A stretch of 38,326 bases of DNA from Candidatus Berkelbacteria bacterium CG_4_10_14_0_2_um_filter_35_9_33_12 (GTDB lineage: Bacteria; Patescibacteriota; UBA1384; GWA2-35-9), in assembly GCA_002793435.1 (NCBI GenBank), contig PFQF01000027.1, positions 1-38,326 of the forward strand, given 5' to 3'. Below the pieces are notes generated by a model. It was not told where the DNA came from and ran no database searches. It saw only the letters and a program-made list of their open reading frames with translations. Below are positions 24,926 through 32,618 of this stretch, piece by piece. Position numbers and translations under genes: made by a program. Within the stretch, counting starts at the first letter, position 1. Every line of letters begins with the position of its first letter.

Positions 24926-25822
24926 TTATTTTTTGATTTTACCATGAAATGCATGAAAAACATCTTTCAAATGCTGATTAGTTATATGAGTATATTTTTG
25001 AGTAGTAACTATTGAGCTATGTCCTAACAACTCTTGAACACTTCTTAGATCGGCTCCTGCCATTAATAAATCGGTTGCAAAACTGTGACGTAATACATGT
25101 GGTGTTATATGTTTTGATATTCCGGCTAAACTTGAGTATTTTTGCAAATTTCTTTGGACTGATCGGGGGGTTATACGAGTAAACGGAGAGCGTTTGGAAT
25201 AATTAATAAAAAGTGCTGGTTCTGTATCAGTTCTAGAACTTAAATATTTATCTAACCATTCTCGTGCACGATCGGAAACAAATACTACTCGTATTTTTCC
25301 TCCTTTTCCTTGAACTGAAATTTCATCGTTAGCCACATCATTTTTATCTAAACCAATTACTTCACTAATTCTCAAGCCAGTTGAAAATAATAATTCTAGT
25401 AATGTTCTATCTCTTAGCCCGGTTCGGCTGTCAATATCAATTTTTGAAAAAATGGTTTCAATCTCTTCCATCGTTAAATGTTCAATCTCTTTTGGACTAG
25501 TTTTTACTAAAGTAATATTTTCAGCTGAATATGAAGTTAAATCGTTTTTTTGTAAATATTTTAAATAACTTCTTAAAGCAATCAGGTGATAATTCTGAGT
25601 AATTTTTTTCAGTTCTTTTTTATTGATTGGATTATTCAAATAGAGACGATAATCTTTAATTAAATTTTTATCTATTTGAGAAATTGTATTGTAATTGCGT
25701 TCTTTGGCGAAATCCATAAAACGGTTCAAATAATGAAGATAGTTATCGATTGTTTTTTTGCTTAAACCTTTTTCAATCTCGCAATTTTCTAAGAAATCAC
25801 GAATACTTATTTCTAATTCCAT
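24926..25822 (-). CDS. Tyrosine recombinase XerC/XerD family
   Basis: SAM-like N-domain. The catalytic residues have conserved spacing (GLRISE, HVLRHSFAT, LGHSSIVTTQKYTH). Confidence 0.9.
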   Translation of the reverse strand: MELEISIRDFLENCEIEKGLSKKTIDNYLHYLNRFMDFAKERNYNTISQIDKNLIKDYRLYLNNPINKKELKKITQNYHLIALRSYLKYLQKNDLTSYSAENITLVKTSPKEIEHLTMEEIETIFSKIDIDSRTGLRDRTLLELLFSTGLRISEVIGLDKNDVANDEISVQGKGGKIRVVFVSDRAREWLDKYLSSRTDTEPALFINYSKRSPFTRITPRSVQRNLQKYSSLAGISKHITPHVLRHSFATDLLMAGADLRSVQELLGHSSIVTTQKYTHITNQHLKDVFHAFHGKIKK

Positions 25823-25865
25823 CTTGCTTTTATTATATCAAATAAAAGTGTGATATCATATCTTT

Positions 25866-26453
25866 ATGGTTAATTTTTTATTATCGATCGACCATTTTTT
25901 GGCTGAATATTTTTATAATTATTTTTCAGTCAATTTAGGACAGAGTGATTTTCTAGTTTTACTGGCTAAATGGTTAATCTTTTTAATCCCATTACTTTTG
26001 TTGCTTTTGTGGTTTTACAAAAAAAATTATCAAAATTTATTGCGGGCAACTTTTTCAGGACTATTTGGCTGGATGATTATCAATCGTTTTATTAGTTATT
26101 TCTTTTATCGACCTCGACCATTTTCTGAAAGTTTGCTGGGTAAAAAAGAATTTTTATTTCATCGCCCGGACTATTCGTTCCCCAGTGACCACGCCACTTT
26201 TTTATCTGGTATTACATTTTCATTTTTGCTGTTCAAAGAAAAAAAACTGTTTATTATTTTTCTGGCGGTTACAATTTTAATTTCGTTGAGTCGTTTTTTA
26301 GTTGGCGTTCATTATTTAAGTGATATTTTAGCTGGCTGGCTGGTAGGATTAATCAGTGCTTTTATCGTTAAAAGTATTGATGATTTATTTGAAAAATATT
26401 TATACTCACATATCATTTGGGTATATAAAATGATATTTAGATTTATAGAATGA
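25866..26453 (+). CDS. PAP2-family phosphatase (BcrC/PgpB-like; candidate undecaprenyl-diphosphate phosphatase)
   Basis: PAP2 signature pieces: FYRPRP, PSDHAT, SRFLVGVHYLSD. Polytopic membrane protein. Confidence 0.8.
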   Translation: MVNFLLSIDHFLAEYFYNYFSVNLGQSDFLVLLAKWLIFLIPLLLLLLWFYKKNYQNLLRATFSGLFGWMIINRFISYFFYRPRPFSESLLGKKEFLFHRPDYSFPSDHATFLSGITFSFLLFKEKKLFIIFLAVTILISLSRFLVGVHYLSDILAGWLVGLISAFIVKSIDDLFEKYLYSHIIWVYKMIFRFIE

Positions 26454-27250
26454 TAATACTTTTAGGCATAATTCAAGGTATTGCTGAATTTTTACCTATT
26501 TCGTCAACAGCGCATCTTATTTTATTTCCATATTTTTTTAATTATTCCGACCCCGGCTTGTCCTTTGATATTATGCTTCACCTTGGGACTTTATTAGCTA
26601 TTTTAGTCTGCTTTTGGCAAGAATGGTGGGGAGTAATTTATGGTTTTTTGAGGATAATAAAAAATCGTCGTGTTAAAGATATCAAAGACAAACAAATTTT
26701 TTATATAGCGATCGGTTCAGTTCCAGCCGCAGTTTTGGGATTTATTTTTAATGATTATGCTTCAACATATTTGCGTCAACCAATATTGATTGCTTTAATG
26801 CTGGTTATTTTTGGTATTATTCTCTATTTAACTGATACTTATTCTAAGCATACGAAAACTCGCCTTAATCTCCATTGGCAACAAGCATTAATTATTGGCT
26901 TTGGTCAAGCTCTAGCCATTATTCCTGGCGTTTCCCGAAGTGGTGCCACAATTAGCGCTGGTCGTTTACTTGGATTAGAGAGAGAAGAGGCGACCAAGTT
27001 TTCATTTATGTTGTCAGCACCAATAATTTTTGGGGCAGTTATGTCATACATTGCCAATCAAAGATTTGGAATTTTTGATGCTAATTCAATCGTTGGGTTA
27101 ACAGTTTCGTTTGTGACTGCTATGGTCGCTATTAAGTGGATTCTTGGTTATCTGAAAACCGCTGATTTTACTCTTTTTATTTGGTATCGATTTATTTTAG
27201 CCGGCATTATAGTGATAATTTATATATTAAAAAATAATTATCTTGTATGA
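26450..27250 (+). CDS. uppP: Undecaprenyl-diphosphate phosphatase UppP (BacA)
   Basis: ATGA overlap with the PAP2 gene. BacA motifs GIIQGIAEFLPISSTAHL and PGVSRSGATI. Confidence 0.93.
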   Translation: MIILLGIIQGIAEFLPISSTAHLILFPYFFNYSDPGLSFDIMLHLGTLLAILVCFWQEWWGVIYGFLRIIKNRRVKDIKDKQIFYIAIGSVPAAVLGFIFNDYASTYLRQPILIALMLVIFGIILYLTDTYSKHTKTRLNLHWQQALIIGFGQALAIIPGVSRSGATISAGRLLGLEREEATKFSFMLSAPIIFGAVMSYIANQRFGIFDANSIVGLTVSFVTAMVAIKWILGYLKTADFTLFIWYRFILAGIIVIIYILKNNYLV

Positions 27251-27843
27251 ATATAATTGAAACGATTTCAAATTTAGTAATTGAATTAATTTCAAAATTT
27301 GGCTATATAGCAGAATTTATTTTAATGCTTCTTGAATCAATGGGTATCCCAATCCCATCTGAGGTGGTAATGCCATTCAGTGGATTTTTAGTCAATCGAG
27401 GAGAATTAGCATTTTGGTCAGTGGTTTTTGTGGGTGCATTGGCTAATTTAACAGGTAGTTTAATTGCCTATGGAATTGGTTATTGGGGAGGAAGACCGCT
27501 AGTTGAAAATTATGGTAAATATATATTTCTCAAAAAACATGATCTTGATTTAGCTCATAATTGGTTTGAAAAATATGGCAAGGCAATGGTATTCTTTTCA
27601 AGAATGTTGCCGATCGTTAGAACCTATATTTCATTTCCAGCTGGTTTTGCAAAAATGCCACTCGGTGAATTTAGCGTTTATACTTTTTTGGGTGGTCTGC
27701 CGTGGTGTTATCTGACAACTATCATTGGCGTTAAAATGAGTGACAAATGGGAAAGAATTAAAGATTATTTCCATATTATTGATATATTCATTGCACTTGC
27801 AATAATTTATATTATAGTCCGTTGGTTATATAAAAAAAAATAA
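27247..27843 (+). CDS. DedA-family membrane protein
   Basis: ATGA overlap with uppP. DedA motifs LLESMGIPIPSEVV and FFSRMLPIVRTYISFPAG. Confidence 0.9.
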   Translation: MNIIETISNLVIELISKFGYIAEFILMLLESMGIPIPSEVVMPFSGFLVNRGELAFWSVVFVGALANLTGSLIAYGIGYWGGRPLVENYGKYIFLKKHDLDLAHNWFEKYGKAMVFFSRMLPIVRTYISFPAGFAKMPLGEFSVYTFLGGLPWCYLTTIIGVKMSDKWERIKDYFHIIDIFIALAIIYIIVRWLYKKK

Positions 27844-27847
27844 AAAA

Positions 27848-29083
27848 ATGACAATATCACAAGTAAAATTACCTAACAATTTACCAATTTATTTTTTCGA
27901 TAAAAAAGACACTCAAGCCATTACGGTGATTATGTTAGCTAAAGTTGGCTCTCGCTATGAAAATGATAAACAAGCGGGTATTTCTCATTTACTTGAACAT
28001 ATGTTTTTTAAAGGAACAAAAAAATATCCTCATTATTTAGATTTAACCAAATATTTAGATGAAATAAGTGCTGAGCATAATGCTTTTACAAACGAAGAAA
28101 CAACTGCCTATTATATAAAAACTTCTTACTTAAATACCATTCCAGCGGTTGAAATTTTGTGCCAAATGTTGTTAGAAAACACTCTCAACGAAAGAGAATT
28201 GAAAAAAGAAAAAGAGGTTATTGTTCAGGAAATGAAAATGTATCTTGATCAGCCAGCTCGATATATTTATGATCTTTATAAAAAAAATCAGTATGGGAAT
28301 TGTCCATTGGGAAGAAATATTATTGGGACCGTAAAATCAGTTAAAACAATTACGACTCAAGATTTAAGAAACTATATAAAAAAATATTATACGCCGTCAA
28401 ATTTAATTTTTATGTTAGCTGGGAAAATTGATGAGAAAGAAAAAATTGTTAAATTGATTAGCCAATATTTTGCAAAAATTATGGACAAACCGATTTTAAA
28501 AGCAGTAAAATTTATTCAATCTGATTATAAAAAAAATATTTATTATTATTACAAAAAAACCGATCAAACCAATATTATTATTTCTTACCCAGGCTATAAA
28601 GTTAATTATGAAAAAAGATATGAATTATCAATTTTACAAGTTTTGATGGGAGGGATGATGTCCTCACGATTATTTTCGGAAGTGCGGGAAAAAAGGGGAC
28701 TAGCTTATCGAGTCGGAGCCGAAATTGATAATTATTCTGATACGGGCGCATTTTTAGTTTCGGTTGGACTGGACCCAAATAAAGCCGGTTCAACTATCAA
28801 ATTAATTAAAAAATTAATGCCGAAAGCAGTCAAAATTTCAGATAAAGAATTTCAGCGTGCTAAACAAAAAATAATTAGTAATTTAGCTTTGCAAACTGAA
28901 GATGCAAGCTCACTTGCTTTTATGTTTTTAGAACAAATAATTTATCATGGAAAAATTATTACTCCAGAAGAAAAAATAGATATTTATACTAAAATTAAAA
29001 AAAGTGATGTCGAAAAAGAGGCTGGAAAATTGTTTGTCCATCAACCAAAAATAACCATTATTGGTCCGAAGAATATAGTATAA
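27848..29083 (+). CDS. M16-family (pitrilysin/insulinase-like) zinc peptidase
   Basis: Inverted zinc motif HLLEH (GISHLLEHMFFKGT) with a downstream Glu region (NAFTNEETTAYY). 411 aa, two-domain size. Confidence 0.85.
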   Translation: MTISQVKLPNNLPIYFFDKKDTQAITVIMLAKVGSRYENDKQAGISHLLEHMFFKGTKKYPHYLDLTKYLDEISAEHNAFTNEETTAYYIKTSYLNTIPAVEILCQMLLENTLNERELKKEKEVIVQEMKMYLDQPARYIYDLYKKNQYGNCPLGRNIIGTVKSVKTITTQDLRNYIKKYYTPSNLIFMLAGKIDEKEKIVKLISQYFAKIMDKPILKAVKFIQSDYKKNIYYYYKKTDQTNIIISYPGYKVNYEKRYELSILQVLMGGMMSSRLFSEVREKRGLAYRVGAEIDNYSDTGAFLVSVGLDPNKAGSTIKLIKKLMPKAVKISDKEFQRAKQKIISNLALQTEDASSLAFMFLEQIIYHGKIITPEEKIDIYTKIKKSDVEKEAGKLFVHQPKITIIGPKNIV

Positions 29084-29097
29084 AAAATAATATATTT

Positions 29098-29337
29098 ATG
29101 AAAAAATTGCATCAACAAACGCTAGTTTTTTTCAAACCCGACACAATTAGTCGAGGAATTTTAGGAGAAATAATTACTCGTTTTATTCAAAAAACACCGG
29201 TTATCTTAATGGTTCTAGGGGGATTGGAAGCAATCAAAGTCGTTAGAAATTTGGCTGGACCAACTTTTGGAGTAGATGCGCTAGCCGGAACGATTAGGGG
29301 AGATTATTCAATTTTCAATAACCAAATTTTAAAATAA
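29098..29337 (+). pseudogene. ndk: Nucleoside diphosphate kinase remnant (internally deleted and C-terminally truncated)
   Basis: The N-terminus (QTLVFFKPDTISRGILGEIITRF) and the TPVILMVL..AIKVVRNLAGPT...AGTIRGDY block match NDK. About 45 aa between them is missing. The ORF stops before the catalytic NxxHGSD histidine. 79 aa, against the usual roughly 140-150. Confidence 0.6.
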
Positions 29338-29343
29338 TATATA

Positions 29344-30393
29344 ATGATATACGGTATTTATTTTATAATTTCTTTAGTAATTTCGCTTTTATTAGTGCCA
29401 AAGATCAGATCTTTTGCACTTGCAAATGGTATTATTGATAAACCAAATAAACGGAAAATTCATCGAGGTAAAATTGCCCGTTTAGGTGGGGTAGCAGTCT
29501 TTTTAGCTTTTTGGTTAGTAATTATTTTAGTTTCAATTTTTAACCAAGATCTATTAAATTTTTCCGGCAATAAATTTTTGCTGATAGATTCTAACTTGTG
29601 GGCAATTTTAATTGGATCATTAATAATGTTAATACTCGGAATTATAGATGATATTCGTGGGGTTAAGTCAACCACAAAATTGTTTTGGCATTTTATAGTC
29701 GGTTTTATTGTAGTTTGTCTGGGCATAAAAATTTGGTGGGTACATAACCCGTTTGGTGGTTTTTTGACGATCGATGATTGGTCTTATTTATTAGTTCCGT
29801 TATGGGTGGTTTTAATGATCAATGTTATGAATTGGTGGGATGGTGTTGACGGTCAAGCGTCGGGAATTGGAATTATTGCTTCGATCATAATTTTCATTTT
29901 ATCGATTTCAAAATATGTCGATCAACCATCATCAGCAATCATAATGATTATTTTAGCTGGTAGTTTACTAGGTTTTTTGCGTTACAATTTTAATCCAGCT
30001 TCAATTTTTCTTGGCGATTCTGGTTCGCAATTTATTGGGTTTATGCTAGCCATTGGAGCGATTGTATCGGGCGCAAAAATTGCTACCGCTTCTCTCGTTT
30101 TAGGTTTTCCAATTTTAGATGCAATGTGGGTAATAATTAGGCGGATTTTGTCAAAAAAATCGATATTTGAAGCAGATCGAATGCACTTTCATCATCGTTT
30201 ATTAGATCTTGGTTATTCGCAAAAAAAAACGGTCTTAATTATGTATTTAATCTCAGCGTTTTTTGGGACCATTGCCTTGATGACTCTGGGACGGTCTGAA
30301 TTAAAACTATTGTCGCTAATTTGGTTATTTTTTGTTATGATAGTAACGGGCATAATTTTGTCGTTAAAAGCAAAACAATATGGACGAAAATAA
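29344..30393 (+). CDS. Polyprenyl-phosphate sugar-1-phosphate transferase, GT4 family (WecA/TagO-like rather than MraY)
   Basis: The N-terminal pattern A..NGIIDKPNKRKIHRGKIARLGG is typical of WecA/TagO. Also has NVMNWWDGVDGQASG, a DSGSQ motif and about 10 TM segments. Confidence 0.85.
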   Translation: MIYGIYFIISLVISLLLVPKIRSFALANGIIDKPNKRKIHRGKIARLGGVAVFLAFWLVIILVSIFNQDLLNFSGNKFLLIDSNLWAILIGSLIMLILGIIDDIRGVKSTTKLFWHFIVGFIVVCLGIKIWWVHNPFGGFLTIDDWSYLLVPLWVVLMINVMNWWDGVDGQASGIGIIASIIIFILSISKYVDQPSSAIIMIILAGSLLGFLRYNFNPASIFLGDSGSQFIGFMLAIGAIVSGAKIATASLVLGFPILDAMWVIIRRILSKKSIFEADRMHFHHRLLDLGYSQKKTVLIMYLISAFFGTIALMTLGRSELKLLSLIWLFFVMIVTGIILSLKAKQYGRK

Positions 30394-30949
30394 AGTTGAG
30401 GATTTTACATTTGAGGGGCAAGAGGAGGATGAAATAGTCTTATTGTTGATCCACCAGCATCCTTTGACCTTTACTAAAGAATCAGCAATTTTAATTGCTT
30501 CGATTTTAATTTTGGTGATAATATTTTATTTACAAAGTGGTTTAGGGGGAATATTTTCTTATGTATTTATTTTATTATTGTTAATCAATGGTTATTTGAT
30601 GTTAAGGCGATATATCATATGGCGAAATTCAGTTTATGTAATTACTGACAAGCGTTTAATAGCGGTTGAACAAAATAGTTTTTTTCGTCGTATTACGATT
30701 GAAGCAAATCTAGATAAAGTTCAAAATGTCGCTCACGAAATTAATGGTTTTTGGCAAACAATATTTAATTTTGGTAATGTGATAATTCAAACTGGTGGTT
30801 ATAGCAAAAAAAACATGCTTTTGGAACAGGTTCATCATCCATTAGCAATTCAGCAGAAAATAATGAAAATTGCTAGTCAATACGGCGGGGCACCGTTAAA
30901 GATTGATTTAAATAGAGATGTTAAAGAAAATGAATCGGTGGTAAAATAA
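30380..30949 (+). CDS. Membrane protein with a bacterial PH domain (bPH_2 / YdbS-YdbT-like)
   Basis: 14-nt overlap with the upstream gene. Two TM helices are followed by YVITDKRLIAVEQ...GNVIIQTGG, as in bPH_2 domains. Confidence 0.65.
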   Translation: MDENKVEDFTFEGQEEDEIVLLLIHQHPLTFTKESAILIASILILVIIFYLQSGLGGIFSYVFILLLLINGYLMLRRYIIWRNSVYVITDKRLIAVEQNSFFRRITIEANLDKVQNVAHEINGFWQTIFNFGNVIIQTGGYSKKNMLLEQVHHPLAIQQKIMKIASQYGGAPLKIDLNRDVKENESVVK

Positions 30950-30990
30950 ATAAAAGCAAGAAATAATTAATCAAGAAAGCGAGGGGGAAT

Positions 30991-31542
30991 ATGGATAATA
31001 ATGTTCAAAATCAAACAGGTCAAAATTTAGATGGGGTTGGGGTTCAACCAATTGGTCCAACACCAGTAAACCAATCTAACACGATTCAAGATATGCCGAT
31101 TGATGGCTCGGCGGTATATAATGATTTGCCACCTAATCCGGTACCCAATCAACCATTTCCTAATGGAACTAACCTAACTCCACCTTCTGTGAATAATGCT
31201 CAAACGTCCCCTCCAGTACCGCCCAAAAAATCAAATCTGTCATTATGGATTATATTGATTGTAATTTTATTGGCAATTTTAGGGCTTGGTTATATGTATA
31301 TATATGATATTGGAATTTTTAGTCAGACCAATACTCCAATTTCATCTACAACGCCATTGGTCGAAGAAGATTTACCGACTACACGACCGAGAAGCTTAAC
31401 CACGACTTCAATCAGAACCACAATTTTCAGTGTTCCAACAACATCATCACTCAATTTTGGTATATCTACTACCCCCCGAATTACAACAACTACTACCAGA
31501 ACTACTACCAGAAAAATTACCACAACAACAAGTGGGTTGTAG
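30991..31542 (+). CDS. Hypothetical single-pass membrane protein: Pro/Asn/Gln-rich N-terminus, one TM, Thr/Arg-rich C-terminal tail
   Basis: gagggggaat precedes the ATG. KK precedes the TM (LSLWIILIVILLAILGLGYMYIY), so the C-terminal TTTTTRTTTRKITTTT tail is predicted to be outside. Confidence 0.5.
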   Translation: MDNNVQNQTGQNLDGVGVQPIGPTPVNQSNTIQDMPIDGSAVYNDLPPNPVPNQPFPNGTNLTPPSVNNAQTSPPVPPKKSNLSLWIILIVILLAILGLGYMYIYDIGIFSQTNTPISSTTPLVEEDLPTTRPRSLTTTSIRTTIFSVPTTSSLNFGISTTPRITTTTTRTTTRKITTTTSGL

Positions 31543-31604
31543 GTGTATTTATTATGATGTCTGGGCTATAAAAATTAATTTTACTAAATTGGTAGACTCA
31601 AACT

Positions 31605-32525
31605 ATGAAAAAAAATAATTTTGATTTAATCATTATTGGTGGGTCGGCAGTGGCAACTGCAAGCGGGATTTACGCCTCTCGAAGAAAAATTAATTTTTGC
31701 GTTTTGACTGATTCTTGGGGTGGGGAAGTGGTAAATTCGGGTGAGATTGATAATTATCCGGGTTTTATTCAGACCAATGGGCTGAAATTATCTCAAACAT
31801 TCAAAGACCAATTAAAATTTAATCATGTGGATTTAAGAGAGGGAGTAAAGGTTGAGAGCATTAAAAAAAGAGAAGATATATTTTATATAAAAACTAATCA
31901 AGGTGGATATACTTCTAGGACTATACTATTAGGGACTGGAGTTCACCCAAAATTATTAAATGCTGAAAATGAAAAAGAGTTTCGAAATAAAGGTGTGTCG
32001 TATTGTTCTACTTGCGATGGACCGCTTTTTAGAAACAAAGTCGTAGCTATAATTGGTGGTGGTAATTCGGCGTTAGAATCAGCACTTATGCTTTCTGATA
32101 TTGCTGAAAAAATTTATTTATTAACCATTCACAAAAAACTAAAAGGCGAAACGATTTACATTGAAAAAATCAATCAAGATCCAAAAGTAACAATAATCTA
32201 TCAGGCTGATACAAAGGGATTTTTGGGCGATAAAGTACTGGCAGGTTTGGAATATGTTGATAAAAAAACAATAATAACAAAAAAATTATTCGTACAAGGC
32301 GTATTTGTTCACATTGGAGTTGTTCCCAACTCAAGCTTAGCTCCAAAAGAAGTTGAGAGAAATAATTTTGGAGAAATTATTACAAACAAATTAGGCGAGA
32401 CATCTCTCAAAGGCTTTTTTTCAGCTGGGGATGTTACTGATATTCCGTTTAAACAAATTGCCATCGCAACTGGTCAAGCAACCATTGCCGTGCTCAAAGC
32501 AATCCAATACTTAGACAAAATTTAA
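31605..32525 (+). CDS. trxB: Thioredoxin-disulfide reductase
   Basis: Redox-active CSTCDG, NADPH-site GGGNSALE, and C-terminal FSAGDV...KQIAIATGQA. The N-terminal FAD motif is atypical (GGSAVA instead of GSGPAG). Confidence 0.88.
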   Translation: MKKNNFDLIIIGGSAVATASGIYASRRKINFCVLTDSWGGEVVNSGEIDNYPGFIQTNGLKLSQTFKDQLKFNHVDLREGVKVESIKKREDIFYIKTNQGGYTSRTILLGTGVHPKLLNAENEKEFRNKGVSYCSTCDGPLFRNKVVAIIGGGNSALESALMLSDIAEKIYLLTIHKKLKGETIYIEKINQDPKVTIIYQADTKGFLGDKVLAGLEYVDKKTIITKKLFVQGVFVHIGVVPNSSLAPKEVERNNFGEIITNKLGETSLKGFFSAGDVTDIPFKQIAIATGQATIAVLKAIQYLDKI

Positions 32526-32544
32526 AGATAATATTTTAAAAAAA

Positions 32545-32585
32545 CTAACCGTTGCACACATCGTGGGTATGCAACGGTTAGTTTT
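32545..32585 (+). terminator. Intrinsic terminator after trxB (12-bp stem, T4 tail, A-tract upstream)
   Basis: ctaaccgttgca (32545-32556) pairs perfectly with tgcaacggttag (32570-32581). It is followed by tttt and preceded by aaaaaaa. Confidence 0.75.
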
Positions 32586-32612
32586 GACATGTTGTTCCAT
32601 ATATAATATGAT
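32584..32612 (+). promoter_or_regulatory. Putative ileS promoter TTGACA-17-TATGAT; the predicted start site falls at or near the ATG (leaderless)
   Basis: TTGACA at 32584-32589 overlaps the terminator T-tail. TATGAT at 32607-32612 ends 6 nt before ATG 32619. No SD-like sequence lies between them. Confidence 0.35.
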
Positions 32613-32618
32613 TTATTT

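Noticed and set aside
24926-25822. Tyrosine recombinase as a marker of an integrated mobile element
   Set aside because: It has XerC/D-like length and motifs. There are no flanking direct repeats, tRNA target, phage genes or cargo genes. The neighbours are housekeeping genes.
26450-26453. Alternative genetic code (UGA read as an amino acid, as in some candidate phyla)
   Set aside because: TGA ends well-defined genes exactly at ATGA overlaps (26450-26453 and 27247-27250). All family-identified ORFs have normal length under the standard code.
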